A stretch of 64,000 bases of DNA, taken from assembly GCA_038134595.1 (NCBI GenBank), contig JAYPVM010000005.1, forward strand, positions 128,001 to 192,000, read 5' to 3'. The notes below the pieces were generated by a model. It saw only the letters and a list, made by a program, of their open reading frames with translations. It made no database searches and had not been told where the DNA came from. This DNA is from Pseudomonadota bacterium (GTDB taxonomy: Bacteria; Bdellovibrionota_C; UBA2361; OMII01). The translations under genes and the position numbers were made by a program. Below, one piece after another: positions 19,641 through 30,225 of this stretch (positions are counted from its first letter, which is position 1; each line of letters opens with the position of its first letter).

Positions 19641-21023
19641 ATGAGCGCTCGCATCACATTTTTAGGAGCAGCGGGGACGGTTACAGGCTCTACCTACCTC
19701 GTAGAGCACAACGATATTCAGATATTAGTCGATTGCGGACTATTCCAAGGCCCACGGATTTGGCGAGAACGCAATTGGGCCCATCCAGCCTTCGATCCGA
19801 CAAAAATATCCTCCGTAATTCTAACCCACGCTCACATCGACCATATTGGTATGCTTCCCCGCTATTTCTCGAAGGGTCTAACGTGCCCTGTTTTTGCCTC
19901 TCCAGCGACAGCTGAATTGGCTCCCTTGCTACTTGCCGATAGCGGAAGACTGCATGAAGAGGAAGCCTTGTATCGCACGCAACACGGAAAGTCGCGACAC
20001 TCACCTCCTCTGCCGCTCTATACTGAGGATGATGCACGAAAAGCCTCGAAGCTAATCCGTTCGGTGCCAATTAACCAACAAGTCACCGTTTCGCCAAATA
20101 TCACGGCAGAATGGAAACCGATGGGACACATTCTTGGTGCCTGCTCAATTCAGCTACGAATCGACTCAAAGCTCATCACATTTTCCGGAGATATCGGAAG
20201 ATACGATCAACCTATCCTTGTTGACCCACAACCCCAGACTCTAGGCGATCTACTTCTCATAGAATCGACCTACGGCGATAGATACCACAATTCGTCAACA
20301 CACCCACGCGATGGCCTACAACGGGTTATTACAAAAACCGCAAACCGTGGTGGTGTTATAGTAATACCAAGTTTCGCTGTAGGCCGAACCCAAACTCTTC
20401 TCTATTACATCCGAGAGTTGAAGGCGGCTAAAGTGATTCCCGACATCCCTGTGATCATTGATAGCCCTATGGCCCGGGATGCAACTTCCATCTATCAGCG
20501 ACATACCTCTGAGTATGACAGCCAAGCAAGTGAATTATTAAGTCGCGGCTTTTCCCCATTTACCCCCACAAAGATGCATTTTATCAGAGACCGAAACGAA
20601 TCCATCGCTCTTAACAAAATAGACCAGCCAATGATCTTGATCTCAGCAAGTGGCATGCTAAGCGGTGGTCGCATATTACACCATCTAAAACACCGAATAG
20701 GCGATCCCCGGAATACGATTTTATTCGTCGGATATCAGCCTCCCGGATCTCGCGGCGACTGGATCCTGCAGGGCAATAAATCAGTGCGGCTCTTTGGAGA
20801 TGAATTTCCAATACGAGCAGAAGTTGCAGAAATCAGCGGATTGAGCGCTCACGCTGACCTAGAAGAATTGATACGATGGTGCAAATCGTGCAATGGCTCC
20901 CCCACAAAGGTCGCTATCACGCACGGCGAGCCCAGCTCTGCTCGTCACTTTGAAAAAGTCCTCCAAGAGGAGCTATCGTGGAATACCGCCGTGGCGAGCT
21001 ATCTAGGTTCTGTCACGGTGTAG
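19641..21023 (+). CDS. MBL-fold beta-CASP ribonuclease
   Basis: LGAAGTVTGS, THAHIDH, GHILG, ESTYG, SGMLSGGR, SAHAD and HGE motifs. Confidence 0.92.
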   Translation: MSARITFLGAAGTVTGSTYLVEHNDIQILVDCGLFQGPRIWRERNWAHPAFDPTKISSVILTHAHIDHIGMLPRYFSKGLTCPVFASPATAELAPLLLADSGRLHEEEALYRTQHGKSRHSPPLPLYTEDDARKASKLIRSVPINQQVTVSPNITAEWKPMGHILGACSIQLRIDSKLITFSGDIGRYDQPILVDPQPQTLGDLLLIESTYGDRYHNSSTHPRDGLQRVITKTANRGGVIVIPSFAVGRTQTLLYYIRELKAAKVIPDIPVIIDSPMARDATSIYQRHTSEYDSQASELLSRGFSPFTPTKMHFIRDRNESIALNKIDQPMILISASGMLSGGRILHHLKHRIGDPRNTILFVGYQPPGSRGDWILQGNKSVRLFGDEFPIRAEVAEISGLSAHADLEELIRWCKSCNGSPTKVAITHGEPSSARHFEKVLQEELSWNTAVASYLGSVTV

Positions 21024-21065
21024 TTAAGTTCATCGCACCAGCAGATTCTACCTGCGGCATAAATT

Positions 21066-21632
21066 CTATACCAAGACCTCACAAATCCGCTTGAACACCT
21101 CGTCTATAGAGCCGACCCCATCTACCTCTGATAAAATTCCTTCAGCGGCATAGAATTTGGCAACAGGCGCTGTCTGCTCTAAATACACCTGATATCGATG
21201 GGACGCAACTTCAGCCGAATCGTCACTTCTCGAAGAGTCACCTTGAGCACTCCGTCCCTGAATCCTCTCCAGAAGAACCTCTTCTGGAACAACAATCTGC
21301 ACAACATGAGACACCATCCGACCACTTTGACTGAGAACAGTCCGAAGAATCTCCGCTTGCTTTGTAGTGCGTGGCACACCATCGAGTAAAAAACCTTGAG
21401 CACAATCCTCCTTGCCAATCCGATCGGCAACCAACTCCATAACCACCTCATCGGAGACAAGCCCACCAGAATCCAGAATGCCCTGAACCTTAAGACCCAG
21501 CGGTGTTTTGGCCGCGACATGCTCTCTGAAGATATTTCCTGTCGAAATATGCGGCACACCAAATTTTTCAACTATGAGATCGGCCTGCGTTCCCTTTCCT
21601 GCACCCGGAGGACCCAAAAGTACTACTCTCAT
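21066..21632 (-). CDS. adk: Adenylate kinase (short-LID form)
   Basis: GPPGAGKGTQ, HISTG, GFLLDGVPR; 188 aa; follows secY. Confidence 0.96.
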   Translation of the reverse strand: MRVVLLGPPGAGKGTQADLIVEKFGVPHISTGNIFREHVAAKTPLGLKVQGILDSGGLVSDEVVMELVADRIGKEDCAQGFLLDGVPRTTKQAEILRTVLSQSGRMVSHVVQIVVPEEVLLERIQGRSAQGDSSRSDDSAEVASHRYQVYLEQTAPVAKFYAAEGILSEVDGVGSIDEVFKRICEVLV

Positions 21633-21678
21633 ATCAAGACACCTCCCTTCGTTATGTCTAGCTTACAATAATAAGACC

Positions 21679-23013
21679 TTAGCGACGCACGAGTCGGTTG
21701 CGAGTATAACTAGCAGAGCCAACTCCGCCTCTGACTTTGGATGACTTGGACATGAAGGTCTCATAATTCCGTGCAACTAGCATCGATTCAATTTGTGAAG
21801 CCGTATCAAGCGTTACACCAACTACGATTAACACCGCAGTTCCTCCAAATACATATGCAAACTGAGACGCTCCCATCTCTAAATAAATCACCTGTGGAAG
21901 CACACACACAAGCGAAATGTATATAGCACCCCATAGAGTAAGGCGAGTTAAAACCGCATACAAATAGTCAGCGGTCTCCTGTCCGGGACGTACCAAGGGT
22001 ATAAAACCACCGTTCTTCTTCAAATTCTCAGCAACCTCTACTGGGTTAAATACCACCGCGGTATAAAAGAAACTGAACAATACAATCAGCACAACGTAAA
22101 CCGTCTCATATCCCCACGAACCGGGAGTAAAAATCTTCGCAAAAACTGAAATATCTGCACCCGGAATTACGGTGAGCAGGGTTGCTGGCAACATCATGAT
22201 GGCCGAAGCAAAAATAGGTGGTATCACCCCGGTCATATTTACTTTAAGTGGCATGTATTGCGTCTGAGCCTGAGTCATGCGTTTTCCAACCATACGACGC
22301 GGGTACTGAATAGGAATTTTCCTATGTGAACGCTCGACAAACACAATCGCATAAATTGAGAAGACGGAGAACAAAATCAGGAACAGAATAGCAAACGGGG
22401 AAACCTCACCCGTTCGAGCTAATTCAACAGTAGAGCCGAAAACCGATGGCATCCGAGCCGCAAGACCTGCAAAAATAATTATGCTCGTTCCATTACCTAA
22501 TCCTCGCTCGGTAATTTGCTCACCAAGCCACATGATAAAAGACGTTCCCGCCGTTAGAGTGATAACCGTAACTAACTCAAAGGTGAACCCCGGAGTAGCT
22601 AATCCCTTGGCTTCAAGCGCTCGAGCAATCATATAACTCTGGAATAACGCCAGTAGAATAGTACCCTGACGGGTGTAACGAGTAAGAATACGCCTACCTG
22701 CATCACCCTCTTTTTTAAGATTCTCAAGATAGGGAAAGCTTGGGGTCAACAGCTGAATGATAATCGATACTGTAATGTAGGGCGATATTCCTAATGTAAA
22801 TATCGAGAACTGCTCTAATGCACCTCCGGAGAAAAGGTTAATCAAACCAAAGATGGTGTTCGAACTAGACTCAAACATCTGACGAATCTTATCGACATCA
22901 ACACCCGGAGTGGACACGAAGACCCCGAGTCGGTATACCGCCAACATTGAAATGGTAAACATTAATCTCTTTTTCAATTCTGGAATTTGAAATACCGATA
23001 GCAATCCGCTCAT
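21679..23013 (-). CDS. secY: Preprotein translocase SecY
   Basis: LGISPYI, WLGEQITERGLGNG, GVIPPIFA and FGGTAVLIVVGV motifs. Confidence 0.98.
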   Translation of the reverse strand: MSGLLSVFQIPELKKRLMFTISMLAVYRLGVFVSTPGVDVDKIRQMFESSSNTIFGLINLFSGGALEQFSIFTLGISPYITVSIIIQLLTPSFPYLENLKKEGDAGRRILTRYTRQGTILLALFQSYMIARALEAKGLATPGFTFELVTVITLTAGTSFIMWLGEQITERGLGNGTSIIIFAGLAARMPSVFGSTVELARTGEVSPFAILFLILFSVFSIYAIVFVERSHRKIPIQYPRRMVGKRMTQAQTQYMPLKVNMTGVIPPIFASAIMMLPATLLTVIPGADISVFAKIFTPGSWGYETVYVVLIVLFSFFYTAVVFNPVEVAENLKKNGGFIPLVRPGQETADYLYAVLTRLTLWGAIYISLVCVLPQVIYLEMGASQFAYVFGGTAVLIVVGVTLDTASQIESMLVARNYETFMSKSSKVRGGVGSASYTRNRLVRR

Positions 23014-23577
23014 GAATCCCTCATTAAAATTTGTTTTGCAACATCACCCGCCTCGGACACGAGCACTCTTGAGTTATTACTGCCCTGTTATTGGAATACA
23101 ACAGTTCGCTCGGCTTTTAGGAACATCAAAGAGCTCCAAAACAATAAAGCGAACCCGAAACCGACCATAACTATAACGAAAAAAAGACCATAAAGCCCAG
23201 AGTGATTTACGTTAAAAGTAAATTTTTCTCCCCAGAAAAAGCTTTAATCAAATCTTCAAAAATCCTGTCTTTTATAGAGATAGAATCAAACGTCATACTC
23301 CAAACATAACGCAATTGCTATTTCAGAAGACGATCCAAACAATTCCTAGCAACCAGCAAGACTAGCTTGCTAGTTAGATACCGGCTATTCAACGACGTGT
23401 AGCACACTATTCTAGCCCAATAGAACACCTCGATTCAGGCAAATTATGGATGAGAGGCAAAACAGCCAAAAGCAAAACCCCTTGTCGTGCAGTTACGTAG
23501 CAGGAGACTGCGCCCTACGAGCTCTCTAACGCCTAGTTCCGCCCCAGATACTCCAGTTACTGCCTTCTTATACATAC

Positions 23578-23611
23578 AAAAAAAAAAGAGGCTCCACTTG
23601 GAGCCTCTTTT
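23578..23611 (-). terminator. Intrinsic terminator after rplO
   Basis: Minus strand AAAAGAGGCTCCAAGTGGAGCCTC followed by T10, starting ~30 nt after the rplO stop. Confidence 0.85.
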
Positions 23612-23642
23612 AGCATTCACGTGCGATACGTTGCCCAAAAAT

Positions 23643-24122
23643 CTAGACCAGCTCTACAGTTCCTCCAGCTGATTCTATCTTTGCTTTCGCACCAGCAGAT
23701 ATTGCACTAACCTTAAGATGAAGCTTTTTAGTAACGGTATCAATATCGGAAAGAATCTTCACTCCAGCTTTTGCTTTGCTTCCCTTAGCGTATCCGAGTT
23801 CTTTGACCTTTTCCAAGTCAACGGTCGTTCCATCCTCCAATCGATCAAGCACCGATAGACGAACGATGTGGTACTGATTCTTCCCAAGCAACCCAACGCG
23901 GGACTGAAATCCAAATTTAGGTACCCTTCTGTAAAGCGGCATCTGACCACCCTCAAAACCGGCAGGGATAGATACACCCGCACGAGCTTTCTGGCCTTTG
24001 CCCCCTTTACCAGAGGTCTTTCCGTGTCCCGAAGCCTCTCCTCTACCAACTCGCCTGCGAGGCTTTGTAGAGCCTTTGAGCGGCTTTAGATTGCTAAGAT
24101 TATACTCTTTATTACTGCCCAT
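23643..24122 (-). CDS. rplO: 50S ribosomal protein L15
   Basis: RVGRG.ASGHGKTSG and GFEGGQMPLYRR motifs; ATG 24122 preferred over track start 24140. Confidence 0.97.
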   Translation of the reverse strand: MGSNKEYNLSNLKPLKGSTKPRRRVGRGEASGHGKTSGKGGKGQKARAGVSIPAGFEGGQMPLYRRVPKFGFQSRVGLLGKNQYHIVRLSVLDRLEDGTTVDLEKVKELGYAKGSKAKAGVKILSDIDTVTKKLHLKVSAISAGAKAKIESAGGTVELV

Positions 24123-24153
24123 CTCGGACCCCTCTATCAACTAACTATTACCA

Positions 24154-24336
24154 CTATTTTGCTGGAGATATCTCGATGAGATGCTCGACAGCCTTAAGCA
24201 TACCTTTGACGCTCGCATTAAGTTCTATCTCTCTCTGTTTTCCGATACCACCTAAACCGATCGCTTTTAGCGTATCGAGAACACGCTTATTACGACCTAT
24301 GTGACTACGAACCTGCTTAACAACTACCTTATCCAT
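24154..24336 (-). CDS. rpmD: 50S ribosomal protein L30
   Basis: 60 aa, QVRSHIGR...TLKAIGL; lies between rpsE and rplO. Confidence 0.95.
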   Translation of the reverse strand: MDKVVVKQVRSHIGRNKRVLDTLKAIGLGGIGKQREIELNASVKGMLKAVEHLIEISPAK

Positions 24337-24370
24337 ATCTCACCGTACTTACGCTCTATGAACCTATTCC

Positions 24371-24907
24371 TTAGAAAGGCTTGTAGCCCATCTCCTCTAC
24401 GCTAACACCACGCATCGCTGCAACAGTCTCCGGGTCACTCAGATCCAACAATCCCGCAATAGTTGCACGCAAAACGTTTTGTGCAGTATTCGAACCAATG
24501 CATTTTGTCCTAATGTCTGTAATTCCGCATACATCCATGACGGCACGAACAGAGGCACCGGCTATAACGCCCGTTCCTGGAGCACCTGGCTTCAAAATCA
24601 CCGTTGAAGGTCCCGATTTACCCACAATATCGTGTGGTATAGAAGTCCCTTTAAGAGGAATCCTAACGAGCCGCTTTCTTGCTTGCTCTGACGCCTTCCG
24701 AATAGCGTCTGGAACCTCAACCGCTTTTCCCAAACCGAAACCCACGTGTCCCCGACCGTCTCCTGTGACCACCAAAGCACTAAAGCTGAACCGACGTCCT
24801 CCCTTCACAACCTTAGCAACACGGTTGATAAAAACAGTCTTGTCAGTCAACTCACCGCATTGATCAGCTGTTACTCTTCTACTATCGAGTCTATCTTTAA
24901 AAGCCAT
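24371..24907 (-). CDS. rpsE: 30S ribosomal protein S5
   Basis: [21 protein letters not shown] motif. Confidence 0.98.
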   Translation of the reverse strand: MAFKDRLDSRRVTADQCGELTDKTVFINRVAKVVKGGRRFSFSALVVTGDGRGHVGFGLGKAVEVPDAIRKASEQARKRLVRIPLKGTSIPHDIVGKSGPSTVILKPGAPGTGVIAGASVRAVMDVCGITDIRTKCIGSNTAQNVLRATIAGLLDLSDPETVAAMRGVSVEEMGYKPF

Positions 24908-24920
24908 ACTAAAACATCCT

Positions 24921-25328
24921 CTATAAAGTCAATCCACCCTCACGAGCCCCATCCGCTAAAGCTTTTACGCGTCCGGTATAGAGGAACCCATTCCTGTCAA
25001 ACACTACCTGTGAAACACTTGCACCCTTTGCTCGCTCTGCAAGTACCAATCCTACAGCCTTAGCCGCAAGTACTGATTTAGCGCTGTCTTTTGCGCCTTC
25101 AGCCTGTCCAGCTAGCTGAGCGATACGCTCTTTGACATCTTTATCGAGAGTGGAGGCACTAGCCAAAGTCCTATGATTCGTGTCAGAAACCACTTGAGCA
25201 TACGTATGCTTTGAGCTCCTAAAAATACTAAGCCTTGGCTTAACATCAGTGCCACTAATCTTCTGACGAATGCGAAGCTTTCGCTTCATTCGTGCGTTAC
25301 TCGCTACCTTTTTTGCTTGCGTAGCCAT
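24921..25328 (-). CDS. rplR: 50S ribosomal protein L18
   Basis: PRLSIFRS and [25 protein letters not shown] motifs. Confidence 0.97.
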   Translation of the reverse strand: MATQAKKVASNARMKRKLRIRQKISGTDVKPRLSIFRSSKHTYAQVVSDTNHRTLASASTLDKDVKERIAQLAGQAEGAKDSAKSVLAAKAVGLVLAERAKGASVSQVVFDRNGFLYTGRVKALADGAREGGLTL

Positions 25329-25361
25329 ATGCCACCTCTACTCCCTACCTACGTTACTTCT

Positions 25362-25895
25362 TTACTTACCAGCCTTACCTGCCTTACGACGTACCTTCTC
25401 TCCGGCATATCGGATACCCTTACCAAGATACGGCTCTGGAGGTTGTACATCCCGAATCTTCGCAGCAAATGTTCCAACCAACTCTCTATTAGTTGACTCG
25501 AGCTCAATACTCGTCTTAGCTACCTTCGCTGAAACTCCCTGAGGAATCGTCATTATCACATCGTGAGAAAACCCAACAGACAAGACAATATCGTTACCTT
25601 GTTGCTTTGCTGTATATCCCACTCCGTGAAGCTCGAGAACTTTTTGCCAGCCCTTGCTTACGCCCTGAACCATGTTGTTGATAATAGCACGAGTAGTGCC
25701 GTAGTTAGCCCGAGCCTGGGAGTCGCTTCCCTCTAGCTTCACAACGACTTGACTCTCTGCTAGCTCAACCTTCACACCACTCTTTACATCGTATGAAAGC
25801 TTACCCTTTGGGCCCTCAACCAAAACTGTATCACCACTAACAGTGGCTTTTACACCTTGCGGCACTTCCACAGGCAATTTACCGATACGTGACAT
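25362..25895 (-). CDS. rplF: 50S ribosomal protein L6
   Basis: MSRIGK and PPEPYLGKGIRY motifs. Confidence 0.98.
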   Translation of the reverse strand: MSRIGKLPVEVPQGVKATVSGDTVLVEGPKGKLSYDVKSGVKVELAESQVVVKLEGSDSQARANYGTTRAIINNMVQGVSKGWQKVLELHGVGYTAKQQGNDIVLSVGFSHDVIMTIPQGVSAKVAKTSIELESTNRELVGTFAAKIRDVQPPEPYLGKGIRYAGEKVRRKAGKAGK

Positions 25896-25912
25896 ACAAA
25901 TACCCCTCTAAA

Positions 25913-26311
25913 TTATCCCACTAGCGCCAAAACCTCTCCACCCACTCGGCTCTTGCGCGCTTCATGGTCGGTCATGACTCCTTTTGAGGTGGAAACTATC
26001 GCCACACCCAAACCGCTACTTACTTGCGGCAACTTGTCAGTCTTAAAATACTGGCGCCGTCCTGGTGTTGACACCCGACGTGCCCTTGCAATAGCTGGTC
26101 GTCCATCGGCAAAGTACTTCAGGTCTACCTTTATTGCTGGCTTCTCATTGGCGTTTTGAGCGTTTTCAAAACCCTCTATAAACCCCTCTCTTTTCAAAAC
26201 ATCTAAAATGTTTCTATTAAGATTAGACACAGTGACCAGAACCGATCTATGTCCGGCTCGTTGACCATTCTTAATCCTTGCAAGCATGTCTGATACGTGA
26301 TCGTTTATCAT
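25913..26311 (-). CDS. rpsH: 30S ribosomal protein S8
   Basis: DMLARIKN and GLGVAIVSTSKGVM motifs. Confidence 0.97.
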   Translation of the reverse strand: MINDHVSDMLARIKNGQRAGHRSVLVTVSNLNRNILDVLKREGFIEGFENAQNANEKPAIKVDLKYFADGRPAIARARRVSTPGRRQYFKTDKLPQVSSGLGVAIVSTSKGVMTDHEARKSRVGGEVLALVG

Positions 26312-26327
26312 TTCCCTTTTCCCTCGA

Positions 26328-26867
26328 CTACTTTCGAAACGGCATTCCCATTAAAGCTAACAACTCGTAACCCTCTTCATCAGTTCGTGCCGACGTTACA
26401 AACGTAATATCCAATCCACGAATTTGATCGAGTTTTTCAATCTCTATTTCAGGGAAAACAATCTGCTCCTTCACACCCATCGTGTAATTTCCTCGCCCAT
26501 CAAAACCCTTCTTCGGGATACCCCGAAAGTCTCTAACACGAGGAAGGGCAACCGAAATAAATCGGTCCATGAAGTCCAGCATGCGGCGTTTTCGCATCGT
26601 AACCATTACTCCGATCGCCAATCCCTCTCGAAGTTTAAAGGCAGCAATCGACTTTCGTGCCCGAGTAACTACCGGCTTTTGGCCACTAATTTGAGTGAAC
26701 GCGTACTCTACGAACTGTATCGCCTTTGAATTCGCAACAGCATCACGAACTCCTGAGTTAAGGACAATCTTCTCTAGTTTTGGAACCTGCATCGGTGAAG
26801 AATAATTAAATTTCTTCATTAACGCAGGAACAACAGTCTCTTTATAATGATCAGCTAAACGATTCAT
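26328..26867 (-). CDS. rplE: 50S ribosomal protein L5
   Basis: [17 protein letters not shown] and FDGRGNY motifs. Confidence 0.98.
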   Translation of the reverse strand: MNRLADHYKETVVPALMKKFNYSSPMQVPKLEKIVLNSGVRDAVANSKAIQFVEYAFTQISGQKPVVTRARKSIAAFKLREGLAIGVMVTMRKRRMLDFMDRFISVALPRVRDFRGIPKKGFDGRGNYTMGVKEQIVFPEIEIEKLDQIRGLDITFVTSARTDEEGYELLALMGMPFRK

Positions 26868-26885
26868 AAACCCTCTAAAGCTTAA

Positions 26886-27275
26886 CTACGCTTCCAGTTC
26901 AACAAACTTTTTAGTCTTTGGATCTGTGTATCCTCTAACCTTCTTTCCATCTGTCGATAAACCACTCACAAGACGAACAGGCTTCTTAAGCTTCTCGACG
27001 TAATACATTACGTTTGAAATATGTACGGGCTGCTCAACCTGTACTTTTCCGCCCTCTTGACCTGGCCCTTGCGCTCTTTTGTGCCGAACATACAAGTTTA
27101 ACCCGTCAAGTATCACTCTGTCAGCCTTATCACCTACAATCGCCTTAATCTTCGACACCTGACCTTTTAAGGGTCGTTTGTGCTTATTACCACCGGCAAC
27201 AACCATTACAGGGTCTCCCCTACGCAAACTTGTCGACAGCTTTTCGCCTTTTTTTAATCCATTCTTGATTGCCAT
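26886..27275 (-). CDS. rplX: 50S ribosomal protein L24
   Basis: KOW-like GDPVMVVAG and PVHISNV motifs; position after rplN. Confidence 0.93.
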   Translation of the reverse strand: MAIKNGLKKGEKLSTSLRRGDPVMVVAGGNKHKRPLKGQVSKIKAIVGDKADRVILDGLNLYVRHKRAQGPGQEGGKVQVEQPVHISNVMYYVEKLKKPVRLVSGLSTDGKKVRGYTDPKTKKFVELEA

Positions 27276-27284
27276 CACTCTCTC

Positions 27285-27653
27285 CTACAACACCTCAGGC
27301 GCCAACGACACAATCTTCATAAACTTCTTTCCACGAAGCTCTCTCGCTACAGGCCCAAAAATACGCGTTCCCATAGGCTCTTTCGAATCGTTGACAAGCA
27401 CCACACTGTTCTCATCAAATTTAATGGAAGAACCATCTTCGCGTGCAATCGGATGGGCAGTTCGGACAATCACCGCCTTATGAACCGACCCCTTTGTAAT
27501 CTTAGAATTGGGAGTCGCCTCTTTTACAGCTACGACAATAACGTCGCCAACACCAGCGTACCGACGTCGGCTTCCACCCAACACCTTTACACATGACACT
27601 TTACGCGCACCCGAATTATCTGCCACCTCTAGTAACGATTTGTGCTGAATCAT
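27285..27653 (-). CDS. rplN: 50S ribosomal protein L14
   Basis: [19 protein letters not shown] and SLAPEVL motifs. Confidence 0.98.
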   Translation of the reverse strand: MIQHKSLLEVADNSGARKVSCVKVLGGSRRRYAGVGDVIVVAVKEATPNSKITKGSVHKAVIVRTAHPIAREDGSSIKFDENSVVLVNDSKEPMGTRIFGPVARELRGKKFMKIVSLAPEVL

Positions 27654-27705
27654 AATCCTGCCTATCTACAACTAATACCACACATATACCCAGAACTGTT
27701 CCGGA

Positions 27706-27984
27706 CTACTCAGCCTTCCGAACTACACTCTGTAGCTTCCACCGCTTTAGCTTACTTAGAGGCCTGGTCTCCACAACTCGAACTCGATCCCCGATGCCAC
27801 ATACATTAGCTTCATCGTGTGCATACAACTTCTTAGTACGACGAACGAACTTCCCATACATCGCATGTTTCACCTGCCGAACAACCGCTACGACAATCGT
27901 CTTATCGGTCTTGTTACTTACAACCACACCTTCTTGAACTTTTCTAAGCCCTCTGGTCGCCTTATTTTCAGCTGTCTCTGCCAT
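27706..27984 (-). CDS. rpsQ: 30S ribosomal protein S17
   Basis: [14 protein letters not shown] and [11 protein letters not shown] motifs; ATG 27984 preferred. Confidence 0.97.
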   Translation of the reverse strand: MAETAENKATRGLRKVQEGVVVSNKTDKTIVVAVVRQVKHAMYGKFVRRTKKLYAHDEANVCGIGDRVRVVETRPLSKLKRWKLQSVVRKAE

Positions 27985-28082
27985 ATCTATTCTCTCTGTT
28001 TTCTTCACCAGCAAGCTTGCCATCCCCAATCAAGCTTCCAATTAGTGTCGGTTTGAAGTCCTCTTCAAATAAACCCTTTTAC

Positions 28083-28283
28083 CTATCCAACTTTTTGGGT
28101 TAGAGCAGATTTAACTCTCGCTAAGTTGCGTCGCGTCTTCGCAAGAAGGTGGCCATTCTCAAGTTGCTTCGATGCCTTTTTAAACCGGAGCTTCATAAGC
28201 TCTTCTGCCAAAGCAACGGCACGCTCTTGTAGCGCGACCTTATCTAACCCCTCTAATTCCTTAAGAAATTCCTTTCGCTTCAT
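28083..28283 (-). CDS. rpmC: 50S ribosomal protein L29
   Basis: 66 aa, ELMKLRF...RRNLARVKS; operon position. Confidence 0.94.
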   Translation of the reverse strand: MKRKEFLKELEGLDKVALQERAVALAEELMKLRFKKASKQLENGHLLAKTRRNLARVKSALTQKVG

Positions 28284-28347
28284 ATTACTACCTATCCCAT
28301 TTCCCCGCTTTGCACTAGCGAGCCAGCACTATGCCGTTTTCTCTCTC

Positions 28348-28773
28348 CTAAATCAAGGTGTTGGACCTTATAACTATCTTTGTTTTTAACGGCAATTTCG
28401 CGGCAGCCAGCTTAAGCGCATCTACTGCCAACTTCTCACCGACCCCTGTCAATTCATACAAGATCTTGCCAGTCTTGACTTCGGCCACCCATTTTTCAAC
28501 GGATCCCTTTCCTTTACCCATACGAACCTCAGCAGGCTTTGATGTCAGAGGCTTATCTGGGAAGATTTTAATCCAAACCTTACCACCACGCTTAATGTGA
28601 CGAACCATCGTCTGACGAGCCGCCTCAATCTGCCGATTGGTAATCCATCCTGGTTCTACAGCTCGAAGACCGTAGTCTCCAAACTCCAGCACACAACCCC
28701 TTGTCTCCTTAATCTTAAGGTGACGAACTAACTTCATCTGCTTTCGATACCTTGGCTTTTTAGGCTGTAACAT
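28348..28773 (-). CDS. rplP: 50S ribosomal protein L16
   Basis: MLQPK, QIEAAR and EVRMGKGKG motifs. Confidence 0.98.
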   Translation of the reverse strand: MLQPKKPRYRKQMKLVRHLKIKETRGCVLEFGDYGLRAVEPGWITNRQIEAARQTMVRHIKRGGKVWIKIFPDKPLTSKPAEVRMGKGKGSVEKWVAEVKTGKILYELTGVGEKLAVDALKLAAAKLPLKTKIVIRSNTLI

Positions 28774-28843
28774 AACTACTCCCTACATTGAACTACCATT
28801 ATCCCGAGCAATCGGCTGATAGATTCTCTAATCCCTGCGCTGC

Positions 28844-29506
28844 TTACATCTGAATAGCTTCTACAGCCGGCTCTTCACCCGCCGCATACTTCTCACCCTT
28901 AAACACCCAGACTTTCACACCAATGATTCCATATGTTGTGCTAGCTTCTGCTGTTCCATAATCTATCTCAGCTCGGAGAGTGTGAAGCGGAACGCGCCCC
29001 TCTCTGGCAGATTCACTACGGGCGATTTCCGCTCCGTTTAGCCGTCCCGAAACACGAACCTTGATTCCCTCTGCTCCAACCCGCTGAGCACGACCGATGG
29101 CGTCCTTCATCGCTCTTCGGAAATTCACGCGTCTTTCTAATTGAAAAGCGATATTTTCAGCCACTAGCTGAGCATCCATATCGGCTTTTCGAGCTTCAAC
29201 GATACTCAAATTTACATCTTGCTGAACGAGATTCTTGAGCTCTTTTCTCAAATCTTCGATATCTTTTCCCTTCTTACCAATAACGAGACCAGGCTTAGCC
29301 GTATAAATGTTAATGCGGACTCGCGCAGCAGCTCTCTCAATCTCGACTTTGGAAATTCCTGCCGACTGTAGTTTGGCCTTTACAAACTTCCGAATCTTGA
29401 CGTCTTCGCCCACAAATCGGCTACTCTCTCCAGTGGCAAACCACTTCGATTGCCATCCTTCGATGATTCCTACTCGCAGACCTCGTGGACTAACCTTTTG
29501 TCCCAT
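28844..29506 (-). CDS. rpsC: 30S ribosomal protein S3
   Basis: [15 protein letters not shown] and [10 protein letters not shown] motifs. Confidence 0.98.
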   Translation of the reverse strand: MGQKVSPRGLRVGIIEGWQSKWFATGESSRFVGEDVKIRKFVKAKLQSAGISKVEIERAAARVRINIYTAKPGLVIGKKGKDIEDLRKELKNLVQQDVNLSIVEARKADMDAQLVAENIAFQLERRVNFRRAMKDAIGRAQRVGAEGIKVRVSGRLNGAEIARSESAREGRVPLHTLRAEIDYGTAEASTTYGIIGVKVWVFKGEKYAAGEEPAVEAIQM

Positions 29507-29534
29507 ATCGATACTCCCTAATGCACCTTAAAAA

Positions 29535-29903
29535 CTACTTTTCACCCAATACGATGGTCATGTGCGAAGAACGCTTCCTAATAGGATTTGCCCTGCCGTG
29601 AGCCGCTGGCATGTAACGCTTCAACGTCCTACCTTCATCAACCCATCCCTTCGTGATCCAAAGCTTATCTACATCTGCCTGAGCATGCTCACGCGCGTTA
29701 GCAATCGCGGATTGCAACAATTTGTGTGCAAACGCAGCGCCCTTCTTAGGAGAGAACTTAAGAATGCTTAGCGCTGGCTCTACCTGCTTTCCCCGAATGA
29801 GGTCAATGACCAAACGCGCCTTCCGAGGCGACATTCGAATGTGTCTAAGCGACGCGCGCGACACCTCTGACTTATCTCCGCTCTTGTTTATTTTCTTTGC
29901 CAT
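29535..29903 (-). CDS. rplV: 50S ribosomal protein L22
   Basis: SPRKARLVIDLIRG and LLQSAIANA motifs. Confidence 0.97.
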   Translation of the reverse strand: MAKKINKSGDKSEVSRASLRHIRMSPRKARLVIDLIRGKQVEPALSILKFSPKKGAAFAHKLLQSAIANAREHAQADVDKLWITKGWVDEGRTLKRYMPAAHGRANPIRKRSSHMTIVLGEK

Positions 29904-29946
29904 AACTTCCGTCCTCAATCGCTCTCTTTCAGTAAACGACTATATC

Positions 29947-30210
29947 CTACTTCTTCGCTTGGTGTCCGTGGAACGTCCGTGTTGGAGAAAACTCTCCTAG
30001 TTTGTGTCCCACCATATTCTCAGTCACAAAAACCGCGTTAAACTTCTTTCCATTATGGACGGCAAACGTCAGTCCTATCATGTCAGGAGTGATGGTAGAC
30101 CTCCGAGACCAGGTCTTGATCGGGCCTTTGTGAGCTCCGCTCTTCACCCTTTCAATCCACTTCAATACGCTGTTATCAACGAATGGTCCCTTCTTTATTG
30201 AACGAGCCAT
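29947..30210 (-). CDS. rpsS: 30S ribosomal protein S19
   Basis: RSIKKGPF and [15 protein letters not shown] motifs. Confidence 0.98.
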   Translation of the reverse strand: MARSIKKGPFVDNSVLKWIERVKSGAHKGPIKTWSRRSTITPDMIGLTFAVHNGKKFNAVFVTENMVGHKLGEFSPTRTFHGHQAKK

Positions 30211-30225
30211 ACTTCCCCCTAGTTA

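Noticed and set aside
23444..23672. ORFs 23444-23638 (-) and 23487-23672 (+)
   Set aside because: Both run through the rplO terminator hairpin and lack an RBS or recognisable motifs.
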